Source: a virus. Taken from it: DNA of 64,000 nucleotides. Made by a program: the position numbers and the translations under genes. Where the stretch lies: UHGV virus genome UHGV-1370579, one strand, 5' to 3'. Positions 10,296 to 19,055 of the stretch are shown piece after piece. The notes under the pieces are model-generated. The model was given only the letters and a program-made list of their open reading frames with translations. It searched no databases and was not told the origin of the DNA. Every line of letters begins with the position of its first letter. The first letter of the stretch is position 1.

Positions 10296-11267
10296 TTAAT
10301 CGTATACTCGCTCTACTATGCACGGGATTACACCACCAGCACGAATCACTCGAATCTGGCAACCGATCTCTAGATCGAGAGAGTTAATATAATCAACGTT
10401 ATTAAGAGTCGCTTTAACAATTGTAGCATCATCAATAATTACCGGTTCGAAATAACCAACTGGAGTTACTTTACCAGAAGCCCCTACCTGCCATTCAACC
10501 TTAGTAAGAGTTGTAATCTCGCCTTCTTCATCCTCTTTAATGGCGAATGCTCCACGAGGGAATTTATTAGTCCAGCCTTCACGGAAGAATTTGTTGTTGT
10601 CATTAATACGAACAACTTTACCGTCCGTCGGAATCCATTTAAAGAAGGAACGCACGTTAACAACTGTTAAGAAGTTCTCATTCTCTAGCCAAAGCATATC
10701 TTTTAAATATGCTTCTGTAATACCTACAGATTCAGCAGAACACTGGATACCGTATGCAACGAAGATTAAACCACCTTCCCCGATACGTTGTACGAAATCA
10801 TCGCTATCTTTGAGGTTAATAGCACCAGAGGCAAAGTTACGTTTATTTTCTACTTCTTTTGTAATTAAAACTTCACCAGTGATTTGAGTAGGTACTTTTT
10901 GGGAAATCTTTTTAGGGATGTTCAGCAATCTTACGTTGCTTGTGACATCATTTCCCAGAATACCATTACCACGAGTTAGTGCTTGAACAAATTCGCCGTT
11001 AATATATAACAGAGAAATTGCACAGCCATCTAACTTATCAGTTTCTACTTGACCTAACGGGTTAAATGGGGGTTTATCTCCACGATTATAATAAACTTTC
11101 TGTAAAGAATACATACGATATAGGTGTGGAATATCGCCCTTAGGCCCGATCTCTTCTTCTAACGGGAAGCGTTTTACCAGGCAATCATACTCCTCATCAG
11201 AGATTAAAGACATGCCTTGATAATATGCTTCTTGACAGCGTTTAATAAATTCTTTTACATTAGTCAT
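10296..11267 (-). CDS. ligA: NAD-dependent DNA ligase, adenylation (N-terminal) subunit
   Basis: The KxDG adenylation motif is ETDKLDGCAIS. An OB-fold region follows. Confidence 0.8.
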   Translation of the reverse strand: MTNVKEFIKRCQEAYYQGMSLISDEEYDCLVKRFPLEEEIGPKGDIPHLYRMYSLQKVYYNRGDKPPFNPLGQVETDKLDGCAISLLYINGEFVQALTRGNGILGNDVTSNVRLLNIPKKISQKVPTQITGEVLITKEVENKRNFASGAINLKDSDDFVQRIGEGGLIFVAYGIQCSAESVGITEAYLKDMLWLENENFLTVVNVRSFFKWIPTDGKVVRINDNNKFFREGWTNKFPRGAFAIKEDEEGEITTLTKVEWQVGASGKVTPVGYFEPVIIDDATIVKATLNNVDYINSLDLEIGCQIRVIRAGGVIPCIVERVYD

Positions 11268-11297
11268 TTATTTATATCTCTCATTAATTTATGTAAA

Positions 11298-11326
11298 TAT
11301 TATATAACAAAACTGAGTTGAAAGCA
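11298..11326 (-). promoter_or_regulatory. stereotyped phage promoter driving ligA
   Basis: Read on the minus strand, the sequence is tgtatTTGCTTtcaactcagttttgttaTATAATatttacataaattaatgagag. Confidence 0.65.
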
Positions 11327-11341
11327 AATACATTTATAAAG

Positions 11342-11371
11342 AAAAAGCCAAGAACTAGGCATTCTTGGCTT
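11342..11371 (-). terminator. rho-independent terminator overlapping the stop of the 102-aa ORF
   Basis: Read on the minus strand, the hairpin is aagccaagaatgcctagttcttggctt. It is followed by TTTCTTT. Confidence 0.55.
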
Positions 11372-11663
11372 TGAGTTCTTCAGCTCGTTTCTGTACTTCA
11401 TGCAAAACCTCAGATTCGCTAAGAATCTGTGTAAACGCGTAGAAAAGCTGTGATGTTGTTTCTAGGGTGTAAGGAAAAGAGAAGCCAGATTTCGTTGGAA
11501 ACCATTCATCATTAATATCAAGAAGCCAGTAACGAATACCCATGTATAGATTCCCACGAAATTCAGATACTGTTAATCTTACTTGTTCTCCCTCCTTCTC
11601 CCAAAGTATGATGGACTGGTCATCAACGTGTCCTTCATAGTTTTGATTTACCTGTTCGCTCAT
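11355..11663 (-). CDS. hypothetical protein
   Basis: This is a 102-aa ORF in the operon. Confidence 0.5.
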   Translation of the reverse strand: MSEQVNQNYEGHVDDQSIILWEKEGEQVRLTVSEFRGNLYMGIRYWLLDINDEWFPTKSGFSFPYTLETTSQLFYAFTQILSESEVLHEVQKRAEELKAKNA

Positions 11664-11682
11664 TTACATATCCCAAATACAC

Positions 11683-11703
11683 AAAAAGCCCCATATAGGG
11701 GCT
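11683..11703 (-). terminator. rho-independent terminator
   Basis: Read on the minus strand, the hairpin is agcccctatatggggct. It is followed by TTTTTGTG. Confidence 0.6.
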
Positions 11704-11713
11704 AATTGGTTTC

Positions 11714-12010
11714 TTATCGGCCTACTGGAGAAGCACGATCTAACTCTGATTGGAGGCTAGTCACACGACGGACTTTCTCGACAGGAATAAAACGGAAGCT
11801 ATCATTAGTACGAGAGAAGACAAGGATCTCATCATCTTTCGCTTTACGAATACGTTCACGTTTAATACGCTCAGCCAGATATTTATCTTGGGCTGGATCA
11901 AATTCCATTGTACCCTGAAGGTACGTGGTTCCTTTCTGACGAAGTTTCTCGTAATGAAGATAAAACTCACCAAATTTTTCACATTGTGCGATAATTTCAG
12001 CTTTGGTCAT
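11714..12010 (-). CDS. hypothetical protein
   Basis: This is a 98-aa ORF. Confidence 0.5.
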   Translation of the reverse strand: MTKAEIIAQCEKFGEFYLHYEKLRQKGTTYLQGTMEFDPAQDKYLAERIKRERIRKAKDDEILVFSRTNDSFRFIPVEKVRRVTSLQSELDRASPVGR

Positions 12011-12047
12011 AACTGTAGTTCCTTTTGTTGGTGGATTTATCTAAAAA

Positions 12048-12458
12048 TTACTTAGTGATAGCTCGGATTGCTTCTGCCAGATGAGCGGCTGCTTTACCGG
12101 TCAGTTTGTCGATAATTGCATCATCCAGAAAATCTGGTGCTAGGCCAGCATCAGAGAATGCTGAGCGAAGGTCGGCATGAGCTTGGGCTTTGGAAGTACG
12201 AGAACCACCAGAAGCTTTTTCTCCAGTAGATGCGCTAGATTTAGAAGCGGAGCCAGCAGCTTTCTTGATATACACACCTGCTTTAGTTAGCTTCATACGA
12301 AAACCGTTCGGAGTTACACCATTTTCCTGGGCAATTTCGCTAACAATTTCCATACTAACACCCGGACGTTCATCCTCTGGGAATTGCTCCATACGAGCAA
12401 CGTATTCGGAAGACATTTTTTCGAACAGTTCATCAGTCCACTGAGTAGGAGTAGTCAT
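12048..12458 (-). CDS. hypothetical protein sharing a module with the 8554-9321 product
   Basis: The N-terminal segment PTQWTDELFEKMSSEY resembles the repeated module of the 255-aa protein. The C-terminal half is Ala/Ser-rich. Confidence 0.5.
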   Translation of the reverse strand: MTTPTQWTDELFEKMSSEYVARMEQFPEDERPGVSMEIVSEIAQENGVTPNGFRMKLTKAGVYIKKAAGSASKSSASTGEKASGGSRTSKAQAHADLRSAFSDAGLAPDFLDDAIIDKLTGKAAAHLAEAIRAITK

Positions 12459-12515
12459 ATTTTATATTTCCTTAATTAAGAATTAAACAGAATAGTTCTT
12501 TCAAACTATGAGAAT

Positions 12516-12544
12516 ATTATATCAAGAATTATAGGATTAAGCAA
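12516..12544 (-). promoter_or_regulatory. stereotyped phage promoter
   Basis: Read on the minus strand, the sequence is tcagTTGCTTaatcctataattcttgaTATAATattctc. Confidence 0.6.
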
Positions 12545-12564
12545 CTGAAATTTTTCGGTAATTG

Positions 12565-12834
12565 CTACACATCTAGCTCAACAATCTCCCAATCATCCGC
12601 TAGAATTTCTTCTAAAGTTAACTCTACATCTTGCTTATGTGATCGTTTAAAATTTTCAAAAATACCTGTGGGCAATGGTGCAAAACTTTTGATGGTATCA
12701 TTGTCAACATTAAACTCAAAAAGAAGCATAAAGTTTTTATCGTTTTTCCAGCAATCTCGCTGGAGATATTTTACGTCCCCAGCTTTCAGCAAATCTGTTA
12801 GCTTACTCACGGCGTTTTCCTTTTTCTTTATCAA
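12565..12834 (-). CDS. hypothetical protein
   Basis: This is an 89-aa ORF. Confidence 0.45.
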   Translation of the reverse strand: MIKKKENAVSKLTDLLKAGDVKYLQRDCWKNDKNFMLLFEFNVDNDTIKSFAPLPTGIFENFKRSHKQDVELTLEEILADDWEIVELDV

Positions 12835-13507
12835 GTTTCAGGGCAGCCTTAACAGCTTCGTTAATCAACGTAATAATTTCTTCACGAGTCCATTTATACC
12901 CCAGAGATTTTACGTCAACCCCTAACTTTTCTAGATGTTTAACAGAAGCCAGCTCGTAATTCATATAATGGACGTTCTGTTGTTTGCCTTCTGATAGAAG
13001 CCATACACGGTAGCAACCAACAGGATTATCCATTGCTTTTTTGATTTCACCAATACACTGGTATCCAGGAACCCAAACAAGCTCACCAACTGCAAATTCT
13101 TCTGCTACAGCATCATCAGGAATAATCGGAGGATTCAACGGATCTACAATATCGTTCAAACGAAGTAGAGCACCATATCGTTCCAAAACAGATTTAATCA
13201 TTGCTACAGAACGATAATTACGATCTGCAATCTCCTCAAAAGAATCACCAGATAAATACTGTTCAATAACGTTAGCTAACTCGATGCCTTCAATAAGTGT
13301 GCCACGTTTCTTTTTCTTCATTTCGGCAACTTGAATTTGGCGATCTTGCCATTCTTCAATCATCCTTTCCATAGTTGGATTGGATGATACGCCGAGCATT
13401 TCACATGCTGCTTTCTTAGTACCACCGTTCTCCAGATGCTCTATAACCTTTTTAAAGACTTCATCAGGGATTTCATGGATATGTTTCTTTCTGCGAGAAC
13501 CAGCCAT
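12803..13507 (-). CDS. putative HTH DNA-binding/regulatory protein
   Basis: This is a 234-aa ORF. The segment GTKKAACEMLGVSSNPTMERM is helix-turn-helix-like. A PN25-type promoter lies directly upstream. Confidence 0.5.
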   Translation of the reverse strand: MAGSRRKKHIHEIPDEVFKKVIEHLENGGTKKAACEMLGVSSNPTMERMIEEWQDRQIQVAEMKKKKRGTLIEGIELANVIEQYLSGDSFEEIADRNYRSVAMIKSVLERYGALLRLNDIVDPLNPPIIPDDAVAEEFAVGELVWVPGYQCIGEIKKAMDNPVGCYRVWLLSEGKQQNVHYMNYELASVKHLEKLGVDVKSLGYKWTREEIITLINEAVKAALKLDKEKGKRRE

Positions 13508-13538
13508 ATTTAAACTCCTCTCTCAAATTTATGAATCT

Positions 13539-13567
13539 ATTATACAGAAATTTTTTGCACTATGCAA
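13539..13567 (-). promoter_or_regulatory. strong early promoter, essentially the T5 PN25 sequence
   Basis: Read on the minus strand, the sequence is aaaaatttaTTTGCAtagtgcaaaaaatttctgTATAATagattcataaatttgagagaggagtttaaatATG. It matches the T5 N25 promoter as I remember it from expression vectors. Confidence 0.7.
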
Positions 13568-13575
13568 ATAAATTT

Positions 13576-13818
13576 TTACGATTCCTTGAGCAAAGAAGAA
13601 AGTTCAGCATATACTTTATCTAATTCAAACCCTATGCGAAGAGATACGTTAGTCCTCCGTTGTTTAAGTAACCACTCGGATATGTTAGGGATGCCAGCTA
13701 GTCTGTGCGGTACCACCCTACATAGCTTTTCCGAAGTATCGTAAACAGAAACTTTACGTTCTTTTACTGGAAACTTCCTTGTTTCCCATTTTTTATTCTT
13801 CACTGTCATTTCTAGCAC
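13576..13818 (-). CDS. hypothetical protein
   Basis: This is an 80-aa ORF between the 955-aa gene and the PN25-type promoter. Confidence 0.4.
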   Translation of the reverse strand: MLEMTVKNKKWETRKFPVKERKVSVYDTSEKLCRVVPHRLAGIPNISEWLLKQRRTNVSLRIGFELDKVYAELSSLLKES

Positions 13819-16660
13819 CTAGCTCTGACATTGCTTCATCATGCATATGTTTTTCCTCATCAGTCATAAACTTATACGGGATTGGCATACACTCGATTTT
13901 ACAATAGGTTCTGTACCAGTCTACAATATTTTCAGTGTTCATATCCTTACCAATACCCATCATACCAAGATACATTCTAGCATATTTTGGGTTAGCACTC
14001 TGACCTGTTTTAAGGAAGAAGTCTTTCTTCTTACCTTTCAGAGCTTCTATGAATGGTTTAATAGTTACATTTGAACACTTCTTAATATCTTCCCAGAACA
14101 TCTCGTGCATCTTATGGAAGAATGCAGCTCGATCATTCGGCTTATCTTTGATATATTGTTCAACATGCTCAACTGTTACATCTTTAATAGACTCAAGATG
14201 ATAATAGCGAACAAGAAGTAGTTTAGCTTCATACGCATCCGCATGACGTGGAGCACAATAATCTGGAGTTGAATGCAGAATAGCTTTGATTCGCTCTTCT
14301 GTGTACTCTTTACCAGCACCTTCAATAGTTCCCCAGCTTTCGCTGAAAATATCAATAGTTGCACCTTGATCAAGCAAGTAATAACGTAAAGTACTAGTAT
14401 AGTTCCTAGATTCCAGCTCTCTGCGACGTGCGTATAATTGCTGTGCTAACTCCAGCCAACCTTCATCAATATTATATTGTTCAGAACCTGCGGAGAATCC
14501 ACTAGTGGATTTATCAATAAAATAATAGATATTCTGAGCACCACGGTCGCGCCTGATTGCTTGAAAACGCATGTTTGGCGCTTGGTTTGAGGTTCTAGTA
14601 ATAACGAATACGTTATCAAAATAGTTGAAGTCAACACCACTCGTTACGGATGGACTACATAATAAGCAATCAATTTGTTGGTCAATTAACTCATTAGTTG
14701 TGTAATCCAGGATACGTCTAATATCCACATCAGACGTAGAATTTGAATGGATTTCCTTAACTAACGTACCCGTATTACGACGCAACGCCATGCCCTTCTC
14801 ATTCAGTTCATCTGGCCCACAGTCAGATACTAGGATAGATTTCTCACTCATCTCTAGAGAAGTCTGAAGTGCAACCCAAATACTGGATTCATCAGGGAAC
14901 TCATAAGCATGAGCTTTTGACAGCATCTTACGATGATGATTATAAAACGCAACAGGTTTATCAAATTCAATCAAAGAACCATATGCTTCAATTGTTTCTG
15001 CACTAATATCCCCATCAGATAATATAATGATTTTTGCAGTTGCAAGAATATCCCGAAGAACCTGAATACATTCACGACGTTGTTTAACAACCGGGGCGAA
15101 TAATAGGTCATTCATTACAGCATCACATTCATCGATAAAGATTGCATCAATTTGACCAATAAAACTCTTGAACTTATGCAAAGAGTGAATAGTTGTGGAC
15201 ATACGGTCAATAGCACCACGCTTAAAATTAAGCATATCTACAGACTTATCATATTGTCCTGCACTAAATTTCTTAGCATTTGAAGATACCAGTGCTCGAG
15301 TATTAGTAATTGCTAAGAAATTACCTTTAATAACTCCTGAATCCAACCAACGCACAACCGCTGTAGTTTTACCTGTACCTAGACTTGCTTTTACAAAAGT
15401 CATATAACCTTCTGGTGGTACAGTATTTAATTTCAAGAAGTTATCAGTTTCTAGAGAGTTAGTTTCTAGCTTTTTAAGTGGAATACCTTTTAAAACATCA
15501 GGTATATCACGTTTAGAATTATTAACAAATGCTTTCAGAGCCTGCTTACGACCGTTATTAAAGTAATCTTGAATATTGCGACTATTATCTTTAGTTGCAA
15601 TATATTCTGATAAGGCTGGGCGGATTTCTTTTTCTAGCCATGCAAAATCAACACCATCCTCTAAAGCTCTGTGATAGAGTTTAGGAATAATACGTAGATA
15701 CACTCCATCCTCGGCTTCTTCTAACTCGCTGATGGTTTCTTCTACTTTATCAGAGGCAGCTTTTTTACCTTTAATTTGGTCGAGTAAAGAGTAAAACTCC
15801 TCTTTAAACTCACCTCTAGTTGTTTCATAGTCAACCAGATTATTGGGTAAATTTACTTTAGAACCCTTAACAAATACCAGACGTGAAGCACCCTCCGCTT
15901 TAAACGGATCTACTATACCATCGATAAATAACGGATCTGCAAAATAGTGGAGCTGTACGGAAGAGTAATAAGCTAAGTCGGCAATATCAAAGCCATACTT
16001 TTGTCTACTACTTTCGTTGATAGATGTAAATAAGAATTTGATTTGACCCTGAGTTACTTTAACATTAGATTCTAGTATTAAGTGCATTCGGATACCTGGT
16101 TTTAGCCCAGCCGAAGACGATGCATGAGCGATAAACCCTGCATCAAGAGGAAACATATCCTCACTAATACTATTTAACATCCTAATAATATGTCGAGCCA
16201 TGCCAACAAGATCAAACTTGTTACAACCACCTGTATCTACAATACCATCCACGTCCATTGCAATTATATGACTTGGGTTAGATACATTAAAGTTGCCCTT
16301 CTTACGTCGCACATTATTTTTAGGTGCAAGACATCGACCTCGTACCGCAACGATATGAGGGTCAGACGTTAAACGTCTCATAAGGGGAAGCATTTCTACT
16401 AGGGTTTGAGGATCAACTTCATCAATTACATCAAACTTGAAGGGCATTGAAGCTGGTTTACCTTCAGGATGCTTTGAGGAAAATCTTTTAGCAAAAAGAT
16501 AGTCTTCTGCTTTAACTTCTCGCCAATTGCCTGTAGCTAAATCGCGATGAAATCCTGCATGACCTTGTAGGATTGAGAACACAACAATACTCCTGTGTTG
16601 GAAATGAAATAAGTTTTCTTTAGGACTATTCAGAAAGAATAGAACAACTGTTACTGTCAA
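13793..16660 (-). CDS. large P-loop ATPase/helicase-like protein (T5 replication origin-binding-protein-like). The true start is likely internal, around 16450
   Basis: Walker A is LGTGKTTAV and Walker B is IFIDECD. The N-terminal 60-70 aa of the longest ORF are hydrophobic and low-complexity. Confidence 0.6.
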   Translation of the reverse strand: MTVTVVLFFLNSPKENLFHFQHRSIVVFSILQGHAGFHRDLATGNWREVKAEDYLFAKRFSSKHPEGKPASMPFKFDVIDEVDPQTLVEMLPLMRRLTSDPHIVAVRGRCLAPKNNVRRKKGNFNVSNPSHIIAMDVDGIVDTGGCNKFDLVGMARHIIRMLNSISEDMFPLDAGFIAHASSSAGLKPGIRMHLILESNVKVTQGQIKFLFTSINESSRQKYGFDIADLAYYSSVQLHYFADPLFIDGIVDPFKAEGASRLVFVKGSKVNLPNNLVDYETTRGEFKEEFYSLLDQIKGKKAASDKVEETISELEEAEDGVYLRIIPKLYHRALEDGVDFAWLEKEIRPALSEYIATKDNSRNIQDYFNNGRKQALKAFVNNSKRDIPDVLKGIPLKKLETNSLETDNFLKLNTVPPEGYMTFVKASLGTGKTTAVVRWLDSGVIKGNFLAITNTRALVSSNAKKFSAGQYDKSVDMLNFKRGAIDRMSTTIHSLHKFKSFIGQIDAIFIDECDAVMNDLLFAPVVKQRRECIQVLRDILATAKIIILSDGDISAETIEAYGSLIEFDKPVAFYNHHRKMLSKAHAYEFPDESSIWVALQTSLEMSEKSILVSDCGPDELNEKGMALRRNTGTLVKEIHSNSTSDVDIRRILDYTTNELIDQQIDCLLCSPSVTSGVDFNYFDNVFVITRTSNQAPNMRFQAIRRDRGAQNIYYFIDKSTSGFSAGSEQYNIDEGWLELAQQLYARRRELESRNYTSTLRYYLLDQGATIDIFSESWGTIEGAGKEYTEERIKAILHSTPDYCAPRHADAYEAKLLLVRYYHLESIKDVTVEHVEQYIKDKPNDRAAFFHKMHEMFWEDIKKCSNVTIKPFIEALKGKKKDFFLKTGQSANPKYARMYLGMMGIGKDMNTENIVDWYRTYCKIECMPIPYKFMTDEEKHMHDEAMSELGARNDSEE

Positions 16661-17117
16661 TTTCTCAACAAATTAATTGCAAATACTGAAGTGGGGTGGC
16701 AACTTCCACTTTCACGCTGCGCTGCTGCTTTGCTATACCGCACAAATCCTTGAGGATGGCCGCTAAGCCAGATTTGCTCACCTAATGCTTCATATACTAG
16801 CTCATACTAGATGCAATATAACTTACAGAATCACGTCTCGGAGTTTTTCACTCCTCCCGTCTCACTTCACAACCACCTCTATCTAGGTTGCTTCGAGGCC
16901 TTACCAGGGTTCCTACGGGACGCAGATCGCTAAGTATTCTATTAATTATTTGCTTAAAAACTAACACGTAACAGTTAAAACAACCCTTAATGGGGCAGCC
17001 TAACTGTTCCGTATCGCGGATTGTAAACAAGAAAAATTAGCAAAATCAATTTTTACTAATGTCTCTCATTTATGGGAATATTATACTATAAAATAATACT
17101 CCCTTGCAAATGAAATT

Positions 17118-17624
17118 TTACTGGATTGATTCCTTACCGTATAATTGACCTCTAAACATCTTGGCCATAGAACATGCAACCTCATAGTTGTCATATGTTC
17201 CTTTAACTATCCGTTTACGGTTAATAGTAAATACTACTTGCCAGTTCTTACTACCAGAAGGATAAACATGCATTCCTTTCTTATATTTGATATTTCTTAG
17301 ATTACCGGATACTGTCTGCTCTCTAAGATTTTCAATACGATCATCACCTTTTATAGTGTTCACATGATCTACTAAATCAGGTAAGTATCCATGATGCATT
17401 AAAAATATTGCTCTATGCCGAAGCATAGTCCTATTCCCTAGAGATATACGATAATATCCATTACCCGTAGAAACACAACATTCTTTCCCTGCATTTCTTC
17501 CTGTAGTTCTAAATAACTTACCATCTTCATATCGGAAGTTATCTAAAAGTTCTTGCTGTGTGAATGACATCCTCACCTCCAATACATATATTATTACATA
17601 ATCCATCCAAATTGTCAACGACAA
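17118..17624 (-). CDS. HNH homing-type endonuclease
   Basis: The HNH motif is HHGYLPDLVDHVNTIKGDDRIENLREQT, preceded by an AP2-like N-terminal region. Confidence 0.8.
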   Translation of the reverse strand: MSLTIWMDYVIIYVLEVRMSFTQQELLDNFRYEDGKLFRTTGRNAGKECCVSTGNGYYRISLGNRTMLRHRAIFLMHHGYLPDLVDHVNTIKGDDRIENLREQTVSGNLRNIKYKKGMHVYPSGSKNWQVVFTINRKRIVKGTYDNYEVACSMAKMFRGQLYGKESIQ

Positions 17625-17712
17625 TTTATTTTGACTGTCAATCGACTGGAAAGATTATGTAATAATCCGAGCAATAATAGCCCGGATTACAAATTTCAGC
17701 TAATAAAAATCA

Positions 17713-18102
17713 CTAGTCATTTAATCCCGGAACATAAATCCCAACACGATTTAATTGTTCTTTGGCTTCTTTGAGAATATCTGGAGTGTACTCCCAAATA
17801 TCATCTTCCACCTGTAAAAGATGGGGCGAACAACCGTCATCAGGCACACGACATATAGCCAAACCACGTGGATGGAACAAAGAGAAATTTAGTGCAACAA
17901 TTAAACCCATAGCAGATAACTCATTCCAATCCAATTCCCATTCCCTAGCGTAGCCTGATAGGAAAACACCAATACAGGGATCGTCTATTTGCTGCTCCGG
18001 AAAAGTGAAGGAGGCTTGTCTTACCCCCAACCAACGTTGTAGCAGCTTCTCCGCACGCTTCACCAAACTAGGATCAATCTGACGCCAATATACTTGTTCC
18101 AT
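17713..18102 (-). CDS. hypothetical protein, tandem paralog A
   Basis: The 129-aa product shares a CIG...W.EL.EMGL...ALN..LF.P motif with the adjacent ORF. Confidence 0.5.
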   Translation of the reverse strand: MEQVYWRQIDPSLVKRAEKLLQRWLGVRQASFTFPEQQIDDPCIGVFLSGYAREWELDWNELSAMGLIVALNFSLFHPRGLAICRVPDDGCSPHLLQVEDDIWEYTPDILKEAKEQLNRVGIYVPGLND

Positions 18103-18111
18103 TGTGCCCCC

Positions 18112-18540
18112 TTAGGCAGTTAAGCCAGGAATCTGATAACCAAAACGACGAAGTTTCTGGATACCATCATTTACCTCTTCCGGTGAGTAAGACCAACCAT
18201 AACGTTCATTAACCTGAAAACCAGGAGATTCACTAGTTTTATGGTTAACAACGAGGCGATGCTTAGCAGGCATAAACAGCTTATAATTTAACGCAAAAAC
18301 CAAGCCCATTTCATCTAACTCTTTCCAGCCCACAATCTCTTCAAGACCCTCCTCTACCTGCACAATTAAACCAATACAGGGAGCCTCACCAATATCATCT
18401 TTAAAAGCAAAGGAGATTTCGTTATTCTCACACCATATTTTCAAGGAGTTAATAGCCTCATTATACAGGCTAGCTGGGAGAGTACGCCAAAAGTTAACCA
18501 AAATTGGGTTAGCCTCTTTAGAGAATACATTATTGAACAT
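18112..18540 (-). CDS. hypothetical protein, tandem paralog B
   Basis: This 142-aa ORF is paralogous to 17713-18102. Confidence 0.5.
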   Translation of the reverse strand: MFNNVFSKEANPILVNFWRTLPASLYNEAINSLKIWCENNEISFAFKDDIGEAPCIGLIVQVEEGLEEIVGWKELDEMGLVFALNYKLFMPAKHRLVVNHKTSESPGFQVNERYGWSYSPEEVNDGIQKLRRFGYQIPGLTA

Positions 18541-18542
18541 AT

Positions 18543-19055
18543 TTACACCTTAAATTGTTGTAGGGCTTTACACATTTCAAGATCTGGACTAAATTCTAAC
18601 ATATAGCTAACAGCTCTTAAATCTTGAAGATTTATTCCAGTTCTACCATTGACTATAACCGTTGGATACTGATACATCATAGCACCGGCGTCATCCAGCA
18701 CACACCAATGTTTGAGCTTATGCTTTTCAACGAAGCGAAGAACAGAATTACCCCTAGATAATCCACCCCCAGTAAAATCTGTTGTACCAAGAAAACGATC
18801 GATAAGACCTAATCCGGTCATAATCTGAACGTTCTCCATCTCATTTCTGACAGAGAACCAAGATGATACTCCAACAATCATTATCGGAGAAGGACGAATA
18901 AAATCCTGAAAAGCCTTGAGAAGCGGTTTGAAAACCCAGTCACTTCCAAAGAAAATCTTTTCATCATCAGGTGCGTGATGGTGGGAGATGCTCGAATTGA
19001 GCACCCCATCAATGTCTAGAAAAATAATTGGAGTATTACTTATTTCCGGACACAT
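18543..19055 (-). CDS. HAD-superfamily phosphatase-like protein
   Basis: The N-terminal segment IIFLDIDGVLNS is HAD motif I (DxDGV). Confidence 0.55.
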   Translation of the reverse strand: MCPEISNTPIIFLDIDGVLNSSISHHHAPDDEKIFFGSDWVFKPLLKAFQDFIRPSPIMIVGVSSWFSVRNEMENVQIMTGLGLIDRFLGTTDFTGGGLSRGNSVLRFVEKHKLKHWCVLDDAGAMMYQYPTVIVNGRTGINLQDLRAVSYMLEFSPDLEMCKALQQFKV

